A stretch of 64,000 bases of DNA from an uncultured Gammaproteobacteria bacterium (GTDB taxonomy: Bacteria; Patescibacteriota; Microgenomatia; UBA12405), in contig CAYPBP010000001.1 in assembly GCA_964408995.1 (NCBI GenBank), positions 10,823 to 74,822 of the forward strand. Direction: 5' to 3'. The position numbers were made by a program, and so were the translations under genes. The notes below the pieces were generated by a model that was not told where the DNA came from, did no database searches, and worked only from the letters and a program-made list of their open reading frames with translations. This document shows, piece by piece, positions 10,566 to 20,371 of the stretch (positions are counted from its first letter, which is position 1; each line of letters begins with the position of its first letter).

Positions 10566-11386
10566 AAAACAAAAAAAATACTATTTCAGTTGCTATCGCT
10601 ACATATAATGAAGAAGCTAATATTCAAAAGTGTTTGGAAGCCCTAGATTGGGTAAATGAAATTGTTATTGCTGACGGTGCTTCTCAAGATAAAACCATAG
10701 ACATAGCTTCTAAATTTAACAATGTAAAAATAATTAAAACTACCAATAAGCCAATGTTTCATATTAATAAAAACATTGCTATTGATGGCTGTACTGGTGA
10801 TTGGATACTTCAACTCGATGCTGACGAGATAGTCACTCCAGAACTTAAAGATGAAATAATTTCTTATCTTAAAAAGGATATTAATAAAGTAAAAGAAAAT
10901 GCTTTTTGGGTTCCTCGTCAAAACTATTTTTTGGGTTCTTTTTTAAAAAAAGGTGGTCAATATCCTGATCCAACCATTAGATTTTATAAAAATGGTAAAG
11001 CTAGACTTCCTTGTGTTGATGTCCATGAACAAGCCAAAGTAGAAGGGGAGATTGGTTGGTTAAAAAATGATCTTGAGCATTACGCCGACACTTCTTTTTC
11101 CAAATATCTTCTTCGTCACAATCGATATACCACTCTCTTGGCCCAAGAACTACAACAAAAAAACACAAAAATAAACTTTATAAATGCTATAAACTTTTAC
11201 TTTTTCAAACCAAATTGGTGGTTTTTCAAAACCTTTTTCCGACACCGTGGTTATGTTGATGGTTTTCCTGGTTTTGTCTTTTCTTTTTATTCTGCCCTAA
11301 GATTCCCAATTACTTATACTAAATTTTGGGAATTAACCAAAACCAATCGTAAAATTGATTTAAAAAATGATTGGGACAAAAAATAA
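10562..11386 (+). CDS. Glycosyltransferase family 2 (beta-1,4-glucosyltransferase-like)
   Basis: 'SVAIATYNEE', 'LDADE', 'VHE' motifs. Confidence 0.9.
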   Translation: MKNKKNTISVAIATYNEEANIQKCLEALDWVNEIVIADGASQDKTIDIASKFNNVKIIKTTNKPMFHINKNIAIDGCTGDWILQLDADEIVTPELKDEIISYLKKDINKVKENAFWVPRQNYFLGSFLKKGGQYPDPTIRFYKNGKARLPCVDVHEQAKVEGEIGWLKNDLEHYADTSFSKYLLRHNRYTTLLAQELQQKNTKINFINAINFYFFKPNWWFFKTFFRHRGYVDGFPGFVFSFYSALRFPITYTKFWELTKTNRKIDLKNDWDKK

Positions 11387-12483
11387 TGTCTAAAAAAATA
11401 AAAATAGCTATTGATATTTCTCCAACTCTTGATGGCAATGCTCTTCGAGGGGTTGGTTATTACACTTCAAATTTAATCACTGCTCTTCAAAGCGAAGTTA
11501 AAAATAATCCTGATTATAAAGATTGGTCAATAAAATTAATCAAAGACTGGAAATTAGAAATTGGAAATTATAATTTAATCCACTATCCTTACTTTGATCC
11601 CTTCAAATTAACTCTACCCAAAAAAAGTAATCTTCCCACTATAATTACTGTTCATGATTTAATCCCTATCGAGTTTAAAAAACATTTTCCTGTTGGTATT
11701 AAAGGTTATTTAAAGTGGTTAATTCAAAAAAATAGATTATTAAAAGTTGACAAAATATTAACTGTTTCTAACTATTCAAAAAATATTATTAATCAAATCA
11801 CTAAATTTAAATTAAGTAATATTTTCGCTACTCATTTAGCTGCTGATTCAAGTTTTAAACCTTGCAATAATATAAATAAATTAAAAGAAATTAAAAAGAA
11901 ATATAAATTACCATCAAAATTTGTCCTCTTTGTTGGTGATATTAATTGGAACAAAAATATTCCAACTTTAGTAAAAGCTTGTTTAAAATTAAAATATCCA
12001 TTAGTTATAGTTGGGTCTTCTGCTACTAAAAAAGATGTCCCTAATCATCCTTGGACTCAAGATTTACTTTGGCTCCAATCTAAATCTAGAGAACCAGAGC
12101 TCCAGCGCACCAAGAAACTAATTCTTACTGGCTTTGTATCTGACGAAGAGTTACCTTTTATTTTTAATTTAGCAACTATTTATTGTCAACCATCATTTGC
12201 CGAAGGGTTTGGATTACCTCTTGTTCAAGCCATGCAATCTGGCATCCCAATCGTTTACAGCCAAGATTCTTGCCTTAATGAAATTATGGACTCTAATGGT
12301 CTAAAATTTAATCCATACTCTCAAAAAAGTTTAGAGAAAGCTTTAAATCAATTTTGGCAAAGTGGAACTCTTCGTCAAAAATATGCCCAACTTGGTTTAG
12401 TTCGCGCTAAAAATTTTAGCTGGAAAAAAACTGCTCTTCAAACACTTGCCCTTTATAACTTGACTCTTTTAAATGAAAAATAA
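11386..12483 (+). CDS. Glycosyltransferase family 4
   Basis: 'RGVGYYT', 'TVHDLIP', 'EGFGLP'; ATG at 11386 overlaps the upstream stop. Confidence 0.9.
   Translation: MSKKIKIAIDISPTLDGNALRGVGYYTSNLITALQSEVKNNPDYKDWSIKLIKDWKLEIGNYNLIHYPYFDPFKLTLPKKSNLPTIITVHDLIPIEFKKHFPVGIKGYLKWLIQKNRLLKVDKILTVSNYSKNIINQITKFKLSNIFATHLAADSSFKPCNNINKLKEIKKKYKLPSKFVLFVGDINWNKNIPTLVKACLKLKYPLVIVGSSATKKDVPNHPWTQDLLWLQSKSREPELQRTKKLILTGFVSDEELPFIFNLATIYCQPSFAEGFGLPLVQAMQSGIPIVYSQDSCLNEIMDSNGLKFNPYSQKSLEKALNQFWQSGTLRQKYAQLGLVRAKNFSWKKTALQTLALYNLTLLNEK
11547..11570 (+). repeat. 7-bp-period tandem array, in frame
   Basis: ctggaaa ttagaaa ttggaaa tta, encoding WKLEIGN. Confidence 0.6.
12086..12120 (+). repeat. 8-bp-period tandem array, in frame
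   Basis: ctagagaa ccagagct ccagcgca ccaagaaa cta, encoding SREPELQRTKKL. Confidence 0.7.
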
Positions 12484-13276
12484 CAATCACTTTTTATCTG
12501 TCATCATCCCTATCTATAAACAAGAAAAAACCATCAAAAAAGATCTTAAGTCTATTAATGAAACTTTAAAACAAATTCGTTACGATTATGAAATTATCGC
12601 TGTTGTTGATGGAACCTCTGTTGATAAGTCTTTTAAAGAAATTAAAAAACTAAAGCTTCAAAAACTAAAAGTTTTTGGCTATAAAAATAATCATGGTAAA
12701 GGTTATGCTGTTCGTTATGGTATGGCCAAAACAAAAGGGGATTATATCGCTTTTATTGATTCAGGTATGGAAATTGACCCTAATGGTATATCACTCATCC
12801 TAGAGCATATGGAGTGGTATAAGGCTGATATTATCGTCGCTTCAAAACATCATCCAGCTTCTCAAGTTGATTATCCTCTTGATCGAAAGATAATCAGTTT
12901 TGGAGCTTATCTTATCTCTAGATTTCTATTAGGTATTAAACTGCATGACACCCAAGCTGGTCTAAAGATCTTTAAACGACCAGTTTTAACCAAAGTTTTG
13001 CCCCGTCTTTTAGTTAAAAGTTATGCTTTTGATTTAGAAATTTTATCAGTTGCCAATCGTCTTGGTTTCAAAAAAATTTACGAAGCCCCAATCAAATTAA
13101 ATTATAGTTTTACCAGCCTAACCCATGCTAATGGCCTTAATGTTATTTTTAATTGCTTAAAAGAAGCTCTAGCTGTTTTTTATCGTCTTAAAATTCTTCA
13201 TTATTATGATGACAAAAATAAAAGAAAATGGATCTACAATCCAGAATTAGATATGAGAATTAATACCGGAAAATAA
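12473..13276 (+). CDS. Glycosyltransferase family 2 (polyprenol-phosphate hexose synthase-like)
   Basis: 'NHGKGYAVRYG', 'DTQAGLK', 'FDLEIL'. Confidence 0.9.
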   Translation: MKNNNHFLSVIIPIYKQEKTIKKDLKSINETLKQIRYDYEIIAVVDGTSVDKSFKEIKKLKLQKLKVFGYKNNHGKGYAVRYGMAKTKGDYIAFIDSGMEIDPNGISLILEHMEWYKADIIVASKHHPASQVDYPLDRKIISFGAYLISRFLLGIKLHDTQAGLKIFKRPVLTKVLPRLLVKSYAFDLEILSVANRLGFKKIYEAPIKLNYSFTSLTHANGLNVIFNCLKEALAVFYRLKILHYYDDKNKRKWIYNPELDMRINTGK

Positions 13277-13278
13277 TT

Positions 13279-14259
13279 ATGAAATCTAAGTTTTTTTCCA
13301 TTATTATTCCCGTCCGTAAAGTTAACCCATACCTCAAAGAAACATTATTAAAATTAAAGCAACAATCCTTTAAAAATTTTGAAGTTTTAGTTATCACTGA
13401 CAAAATTTCCGGTTCTGCTAACCCTTCTGAAAAAAGAAATTTAGGTGCCAAAAAAGCCAAAGGTGAATATTTAGTTTTTTTCGATGATGATTCCTATCCC
13501 AAAAAAAACTATTTTAAAAATGCTTTTAAATTAGTTCAAAAAAATCCTGATTTTGCCGCTTTTTGTGGCCCTTGCCTTACTCCGCCAAAAGATGATTATC
13601 TAAAACAAGCTTCTGGTTTAGTTTGGTCAAGTTGGCTTGGCAGTGGTGGAGCCGGACTTTATCGAAATAGTATTCAATCCTCTCGTTTTGTCACTGATTA
13701 TCCTAGTGTTAATTTAATTGTCAAAAAAGATGATTTTAATTCAATTGGTGGTTTTAATACTTCTTTTTGGCCAGGAGAAGATACTGTTCTTTGTTTAAGT
13801 TTAGTCAAAAAACTTAATAAAAAAATTTTTTACCATCCATCTTTAGTTGTTTATCATCATCGCCGATCAGTTATCATTCCTCATCTTCAACAAATCACTC
13901 GTTATGCCATTCAAAGAGGTTTCTTTGCCAAAAAGTTTCCTGAAACTAGTTTCAAAATTGGTTATTTCATTCCCACTTTCTTTGTATTTTATACACTACT
14001 ATTAACTATTAATTATTTAACAATTAACTATAATCTATTGTATATACCATTATATTTATATCTATCAATATTAATATTAACTTTTTTTAAATTTATATTA
14101 ACCAAAAACAAATTATTAACTTCCATTTTAGCCACCATTACCATCCCTATTACTCACATTTACTACGGTATACTATTCCTACGTGGTTTATTTAAAAAAG
14201 AAGTTAAATTCAAAGCCCATGCCTTCAACAAAAAAACCGGTAAATACATCGGTGGTTAA
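13279..14259 (+). CDS. Glycosyltransferase family 2 with C-terminal TM helices
   Basis: 'FFDDDSYP', 'GGF', 'GED' motifs. Confidence 0.9.
   Translation: MKSKFFSIIIPVRKVNPYLKETLLKLKQQSFKNFEVLVITDKISGSANPSEKRNLGAKKAKGEYLVFFDDDSYPKKNYFKNAFKLVQKNPDFAAFCGPCLTPPKDDYLKQASGLVWSSWLGSGGAGLYRNSIQSSRFVTDYPSVNLIVKKDDFNSIGGFNTSFWPGEDTVLCLSLVKKLNKKIFYHPSLVVYHHRRSVIIPHLQQITRYAIQRGFFAKKFPETSFKIGYFIPTFFVFYTLLLTINYLTINYNLLYIPLYLYLSILILTFFKFILTKNKLLTSILATITIPITHIYYGILFLRGLFKKEVKFKAHAFNKKTGKYIGG
13999..14037 (+). repeat. 7-bp-period degenerate array, in frame
   Basis: ctattaa ctattaa ttatttaa caattaa ctataat cta, encoding LLTINYLTINYNL. Confidence 0.55.
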
Positions 14260-17113
14260 ATCTATTTCTATTTCCTACCCACCACTAGTTTCTTCAAAAG
14301 GAACTCCTTTTTTATCCCAAAATCGTCAATTCCAATGGACAAACACTGGCAATGTTATTTATCCTGTCATTCCTGCCTATGCTGCTACTCTACTTAGTAA
14401 ACTTGGCTACAAAGTCTTTTGGGACGATGCTATAGCCCAAAAACTCACTTATTCAGACTGGCTAAAACGTCTTAAAAAAAATAAACCGAATATTATTGCC
14501 ATTGAAACCAAAACTCCAGTTATTAAAAAACATTGGCAAATAATTAATCAGATTAAAAAAGAATGTAAATGGAAACCTATTGTTATTCTTATGGGCGATC
14601 ATGTCACTGCACTACCGCAAGAATCAATTAAAAATAGTAAAGTTGATTATATTTTAATTGGTGGCGATTATGACTTTCTCTTATCCGAATTAATTGAATT
14701 AATTAATAACAAAAAAGCTCCAAAAAATAAAATATATAAATCCACCAAAAATCACAATTTAAATCAATTGCCAATCATTGATCGAAAATTAACTCAATGG
14801 CAAATCTATGCCTACAACAACACTAACTACAAATACAAACCCGGTTCTTATATTATGTCTGGTCGTGATTGTTGGTGGGGCAAATGCACTTTTTGCATAA
14901 CTGGTGATACTGGAATTACCACCAAGGAAAAAATTGATACAATAGAAAATATTGTCAACAGTAAAATTCCCTGCGAAGTTTTAACAGCCGAACATGGATA
15001 TCAAAAAGTTATCGATTGGCATAAAAGATTTATAAATGAAAATATAAAAAATGTTTCAACTCTATATCTACCAAATGTCTTAAAAATAACTCCTAATCAT
15101 AAAGTATATTATTTATCTAAAAATTCCTTAATCAGATGTAATAATAAAAACTCCTGGTCTTATAAATGTAAACCTTCAATGGTTTCCAAATTTCTTAAAT
15201 GTGATTCTTGCTTAAAGCAATATTATAAAAACTACACTATAGATTCAATTGAAGCTGGTAATTTAAAAGTTGGAGATTTTCTTGCAATTCCTATAGATTA
15301 TGAAATAAAAGATATAAAACAACTTAATGTTGAAAACATTATCTCTAAACAGCCAACAATATTTACTACTAATAAAAAAATAGCTGATAAAAAGGTTGAA
15401 AAAATAATTAAGCTTTGGGATCTAAAAAAATCTGAAAGAGCAATAAGTAAACTATTAGAAATTGATAGAGAAACTGTACATAGATATTTATCTTTAAATA
15501 AAAAAGGTGAATTATTAGAATCTATTAATCATCTATCATCTATTGATGATAAAATTTCATTTTTTAATGGTCATCACAAAATACCTAAAACTATTGAAAT
15601 CAATAATGATTTTTTGTTTATAGCTGGATTATTTATTGCAGAAGGACATGTTAGTTTTCATAAAAATAGACCAAATTCTGCCACGATTGGATTTACTTTT
15701 AATATAAAAGAGACAGATTTAATAGATAAAACAAAACAATTTTTTGCAAAATATCTCAATTTGAAATTAACAGAAACTATTAATGAAATTAACCATTCTT
15801 GTCAAATATCAGTTAGTTCAACTATTGTCGCAAAATTATTCCAAATTTTATTTGGAGACAATTGCTATCAGAAAAAAATCCCACCAGAATTACTATATCT
15901 TCCAATAGAAAAACAAAGACACTTACTTAACGGAATATTTACAGGAGATGGTCATCTACGTCCAGAAAATAAAAAGCGCAGTGGAAAGGAATATATTCTT
16001 GAAACTACATCTCTAACTCTTGCTAATCAAGTTTTTAATATGTTGTTAAGATTTGATGTATTACCAAGCTACAAGGCAATTTCACCAAGATTAGAAAATG
16101 AATCTATAAAATATAAAATTACCTTATTTAGGCAAGACATATTAAAAGTGTTCCCTGATATCAAATTTTTTGATAATCCCAAATCAACCTACAAGAAAGG
16201 ATTTATTTTAAACAATTTTGCTTTCGTTCCAATTATAAAAATAACAGAAGAAAATTTTAATGGTTATGTTTATAACTTAACTGTCAATAAAGACCATTCA
16301 TATGTCGCCAATTTTCTGGCAGTCAAAAATTGCTCTTGGACTACTCTTTTCCCAGGCAAATGTTTTCGTCAATTTTCTGTAAAACACACTATTAAAGAAA
16401 TTGAAAATTTAGTTTACAACTTCAAAGTTAAAGAAATTTTTGATGATTCAGGCACTCTTTCAGTTGGCCCATGGTTGAAAGAACTATGCCAAGAGTTAAT
16501 TAACAGAGGTCTTAACAAAAAAGTAAAAATAGGCTGTAATATGCGCTTTGGAGCCCTATCTTTAAAAGAATATCAATTAATGTATAAAGCTGGTTTCCGA
16601 TTTATTCTTTATGGACTTGAATCAGCCAATCAAAAAACTCTAGACTTTGTTAATAAAAATGAAAAAACTAGTGATGCTCTAAAAACTCTAACCATTGCCA
16701 AAAAAGCTAAGTTAGAACCACACGTCACGGTTATTATTGGTTATCCAAATGAAGATTTAAAAGATGCCAATAAAACTCTGTCACTGGCCAGAAAAATTTT
16801 CAAAAATGGTCTTGCTGACAGTCTTCAAGCCACCATTTTAATTCCCTATCCTGGCACCCCGCTTTTTAAATACTGTCAAGATGAGAATCTTCTTTTAACT
16901 AAAAATTGGGATGATTTTGACATGCGCCAACCAGTCATCAAATCATCTATTTCTCCAACAGAACAATTAGAATTAGTTCAAAACTTATTTAAAGGTATTT
17001 TAAGTCCTAAATTTATTTTCCAAAAGATAATTTCAATTCAATCTTTTTATGACATCAAACATCTTTCAAATTACGCTATTAAATATATTAAAAAATTAAA
17101 AGATTTCTCATGA
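14219..17113 (+). CDS. B12-binding radical SAM protein interrupted by an intein
   Basis: B12-binding-like N-terminus ('MGDHVT'); CWWGKCTF-[intein]-CSW cluster motif; 'GLESANQKTL', 'PYPGTPL'. Start is ATG 14219 or GTG 14183. Confidence 0.9.
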   Translation: MPSTKKPVNTSVVKSISISYPPLVSSKGTPFLSQNRQFQWTNTGNVIYPVIPAYAATLLSKLGYKVFWDDAIAQKLTYSDWLKRLKKNKPNIIAIETKTPVIKKHWQIINQIKKECKWKPIVILMGDHVTALPQESIKNSKVDYILIGGDYDFLLSELIELINNKKAPKNKIYKSTKNHNLNQLPIIDRKLTQWQIYAYNNTNYKYKPGSYIMSGRDCWWGKCTFCITGDTGITTKEKIDTIENIVNSKIPCEVLTAEHGYQKVIDWHKRFINENIKNVSTLYLPNVLKITPNHKVYYLSKNSLIRCNNKNSWSYKCKPSMVSKFLKCDSCLKQYYKNYTIDSIEAGNLKVGDFLAIPIDYEIKDIKQLNVENIISKQPTIFTTNKKIADKKVEKIIKLWDLKKSERAISKLLEIDRETVHRYLSLNKKGELLESINHLSSIDDKISFFNGHHKIPKTIEINNDFLFIAGLFIAEGHVSFHKNRPNSATIGFTFNIKETDLIDKTKQFFAKYLNLKLTETINEINHSCQISVSSTIVAKLFQILFGDNCYQKKIPPELLYLPIEKQRHLLNGIFTGDGHLRPENKKRSGKEYILETTSLTLANQVFNMLLRFDVLPSYKAISPRLENESIKYKITLFRQDILKVFPDIKFFDNPKSTYKKGFILNNFAFVPIIKITEENFNGYVYNLTVNKDHSYVANFLAVKNCSWTTLFPGKCFRQFSVKHTIKEIENLVYNFKVKEIFDDSGTLSVGPWLKELCQELINRGLNKKVKIGCNMRFGALSLKEYQLMYKAGFRFILYGLESANQKTLDFVNKNEKTSDALKTLTIAKKAKLEPHVTVIIGYPNEDLKDANKTLSLARKIFKNGLADSLQATILIPYPGTPLFKYCQDENLLLTKNWDDFDMRQPVIKSSISPTEQLELVQNLFKGILSPKFIFQKIISIQSFYDIKHLSNYAIKYIKKLKDFS
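14894..16330 (+). mobile_element. Intein (479 aa) with LAGLIDADG homing endonuclease
   Basis: Starts CITGDT; block B TPNH; AGLFIAEG and NGIFTGDG motifs; ends VYNLTV...AVKN followed by a +1 Cys. Confidence 0.93.
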
Positions 17114-18126
17114 TTAAAGTCTCTTTTGTAATTCCCACTCTTAATGCTCAATTAGTTTTAGAAACCTGTCTTAAATCAATTAAAAAACAAACTGTATCAT
17201 CAAAAAACTACGAGATTATTATTGCCGATGGGGGATCGACTGATAAAACTTTGTTAATTGCTAAAAAATATCATGCCAAAATATATAAAAACCCATTAAT
17301 AACTGCCGAAGCTGGTAAAGCAGTTGGTGTTAAAAAAGCTATCGGTCAATATATTGCTCTAATTGATTCTGACAACATTCTTCCTACAAAAAATTGGCTC
17401 CAAAATAATATAAACATTCTAGAAAAAGACCAAAAAATAATTGGCACAGAGCCATTATTCTTCACCTATCGACCTAAGGCAGGCTTTATAGAAAGATATT
17501 CAGCCCTAACTGGTGTCAACGATCCATATGCCTTTATTTCTGGTGTTTATGATCGCCAAAACTATATAAATTTCAAATGGACTGGCCTTAAAATAGATCA
17601 AGTTGATAAACATCAATATATAAAAATACAACTAAAACCAAATTCAGAGATTCCAACTATTGGTGCCAATGGAACTATTTTTAGGACTGATTTTCTAAAA
17701 AATAATTTAATTTCAGATTATTTATTTGATATTGATATTATTGCTAGTTTTCTATCAAAAAAGAAAAAATCTATTTATTTTGCCAAAGTTAAACAGGGGA
17801 TTATTCATACTTTTTGTGAAAGTTCTATTAAAAAATTTATTCGCAAACAAAATCGTCGTATTACTGATTATTTTTATTATCAAAACCTCCGTCAATTCAA
17901 TTGGGAAAAAACTAATAAATCTGGTATCATAAAATTTATTCTTTACGTTGTTTTGATTATTCCTATGCTTTTTGACACCCTTAAAGGCTTTTTTCACAAA
18001 CCAGACATTGCTTGGTTCTTTCATCCATTGGCTTGCATAATAACTCTCTATCTTTATACTATAAACACAATTAAAAATAAATTTGGTTTATTAAAACAAT
18101 TAAATAGACAAAAATGGCAACAATAG
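17110..18126 (+). CDS. Glycosyltransferase family 2
   Basis: 'VIPTLN', 'DGGSTDKT', 'IDSD'. Confidence 0.9.
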   Translation: MIKVSFVIPTLNAQLVLETCLKSIKKQTVSSKNYEIIIADGGSTDKTLLIAKKYHAKIYKNPLITAEAGKAVGVKKAIGQYIALIDSDNILPTKNWLQNNINILEKDQKIIGTEPLFFTYRPKAGFIERYSALTGVNDPYAFISGVYDRQNYINFKWTGLKIDQVDKHQYIKIQLKPNSEIPTIGANGTIFRTDFLKNNLISDYLFDIDIIASFLSKKKKSIYFAKVKQGIIHTFCESSIKKFIRKQNRRITDYFYYQNLRQFNWEKTNKSGIIKFILYVVLIIPMLFDTLKGFFHKPDIAWFFHPLACIITLYLYTINTIKNKFGLLKQLNRQKWQQ

Positions 18127-19134
18127 ATTAGAATAAATTTTTTCCAAATCAAATTTTATTTGTAATTTTTTCAATTTTCTAATCATTTCCTGATACTCAA
18201 AATCAGTCATTTTATTTATTGTTAATAATATATTTCTAAGTTCAGGGGCGTTACTATAAACAAAACCAATATTATTATCTTTAATATAGCTTGAAACTTC
18301 AACAACAGAAGAAGTAATCACTGGCACTAGACAAGACAAATACTCTTTAATCTTCACCGGATCACAATAATAAGTCCAATCATTAGTCAAATTACTATAA
18401 GGTGCCAGTCCAAATCCATTAAAATCAGATAAATAATCAATTACTTCTTCATGAGTCTTTCGACCCAAAAAATTAACCCTAGATTCTATTTTGTTTTTAA
18501 TAACATATTTTTTATAATTTTCTAACTCCGGCCCATCACCAATAACTTCTAAGACAAGATTATTTTTTAATATGCACTTTAGTATATCCATTAGTCCATG
18601 TTCTTTTGTAATGTGTCCAATAAAAACTAATTTTTTATTATATTTACCTTTCTTTATTTTTTTTATTTTTTTGACAAAAACTCCATTTGGGGTATATATT
18701 ATTTTTTTAAAATCAACATCTTCATCAACTCTTTTATTTATTGTCCTTTGACTGTTACAACAAATAATATCGGCCTTTTTAGCACAGTATTTATCAATAC
18801 TAATATATATAAAATTCAATAATTTATTACTAAATCTCTTTCTAGAAAAATCAGTATTAAAAAAGATTATTTTTCTTATATTTTTAAACTTTCTTAATAG
18901 CAACAAAGGCAAAGTGTCAAAACAATTCATCCCAATTCCAATATCAATTTTTTTTTCTTTAGATATTTTTATTAATGCCAAAAAAAAATCTTTAATATAA
19001 AATAAGTTATTTCTTCCATCCAGTTGAAAATATATTTTTTTTAAATTATATTTTTTATTCTCAATAAATTCTGCCAAAGTTTGAACAGGGCCAGGAATAG
19101 AAGTTACATGGGCTATCTGAATTATATTTTTCAT
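18100..19134 (-). CDS. Glycosyltransferase family 4
   Basis: 'FIGHI', 'IGDGP', 'PVKIKEYL..PVI'. Confidence 0.85.
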   Translation of the reverse strand: MKNIIQIAHVTSIPGPVQTLAEFIENKKYNLKKIYFQLDGRNNLFYIKDFFLALIKISKEKKIDIGIGMNCFDTLPLLLLRKFKNIRKIIFFNTDFSRKRFSNKLLNFIYISIDKYCAKKADIICCNSQRTINKRVDEDVDFKKIIYTPNGVFVKKIKKIKKGKYNKKLVFIGHITKEHGLMDILKCILKNNLVLEVIGDGPELENYKKYVIKNKIESRVNFLGRKTHEEVIDYLSDFNGFGLAPYSNLTNDWTYYCDPVKIKEYLSCLVPVITSSVVEVSSYIKDNNIGFVYSNAPELRNILLTINKMTDFEYQEMIRKLKKLQIKFDLEKIYSNLLLPFLSI

Positions 19135-19210
19135 TTTTACTTTTATATAAACACTTTATTCTAACCTAAAAATTGATAAAATTAACCAAATGAAAATATT
19201 TCATTAATTT

Positions 19211-20371
19211 ATGAAAAATATTTCCTTATTACTTTTTGGCTTAGTTCCCGAACAGAAACATGAAGAAATTAGTGGCGGAGATATACGTTTTTTAAAAATT
19301 TTAAAAAACATTTCTTCAAAAAAAATATCTATAACACTAATTGGAACCAATAATTGGGCACACAAATTAAAGGCGAATAGTATATATTTTAAACACATAA
19401 AAATAAATTCATTATTAAAAGCAAATAATATAATAGCTCTTTGTTTATTTTCTGTTTTAAATATCTTAAAAACGCTATCAACAATATCTATTGAAAAAAA
19501 ATCTGTTATTTATTCAACTTCCGATCTTTTTTGGGAAACTATTCCTGCTTTTTACTTTAGAAAAAAATGTCTTCTATGGGTACAAGTAATTCATCATGTC
19601 TATCCACCATGGCAAAATCGTCCAGGCAATCCAATTATAAATTTTTTTGGATTTTATCTCCAAAAAATGTCTTTTTTATTAATAAGAAAAAGAGCTGATT
19701 TAATTATTGTAGTTAACAAAAACGTTAAAGAAGAACTTGTAAAGTTTGGCATACCTAAAGAAAAAATATTTTTATCTTCTAATGCTATTGATTTTAAAAA
19801 TAGCCAATCAAAGTTAAATTCAAAATATGAAGCTGCTTTCTTAGGTCGTCTTGATCCTTCAAAAGGATTAGACGATTTCATTCCAATTTGGAAAACAGTT
19901 TGTAAAAGTCTTCCAAAAGCAAAGTTAGTTTTAATGGGAGCAATTTCAACAGATAAATTAAAAAAAATAAAAGAAGATATAAATAAAAATTCACTTACTA
20001 AAAATATAAAAGTATTAGGTTATGTTAGTGATAAAAAACTTAGTCAAGTTCTAAACTCATCAAAGATTTTTGTTTTTCCCTCTCATGAAGAGGGTTGGGG
20101 AATTGCCATTGCCCAGGCCATGTCTTATGGATTACCAATAGTTTGTTGGCAACTCAAAAATCTTAAAACAATATTTAAAAATAATTTAATTTATAGCAAG
20201 CCCTTTGACATTAATGATTTTTCCAATAAAATAATCAAATTATTAAATAGTTCTAAAAGAATAGAATTTATAGGATTAAGTAATAAAAAATATGTTCAAC
20301 GTTTTTCTTGGCAAAAAGTTTCTTTAAATGAATACAACAATATTATTAAAAAAATAAAATCTATTTCTTAA
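19211..20371 (+). CDS. Glycosyltransferase family 4
   Basis: 'LGRLDPSKG', 'PSHEEGWG'. Confidence 0.9.
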   Translation: MKNISLLLFGLVPEQKHEEISGGDIRFLKILKNISSKKISITLIGTNNWAHKLKANSIYFKHIKINSLLKANNIIALCLFSVLNILKTLSTISIEKKSVIYSTSDLFWETIPAFYFRKKCLLWVQVIHHVYPPWQNRPGNPIINFFGFYLQKMSFLLIRKRADLIIVVNKNVKEELVKFGIPKEKIFLSSNAIDFKNSQSKLNSKYEAAFLGRLDPSKGLDDFIPIWKTVCKSLPKAKLVLMGAISTDKLKKIKEDINKNSLTKNIKVLGYVSDKKLSQVLNSSKIFVFPSHEEGWGIAIAQAMSYGLPIVCWQLKNLKTIFKNNLIYSKPFDINDFSNKIIKLLNSSKRIEFIGLSNKKYVQRFSWQKVSLNEYNNIIKKIKSIS

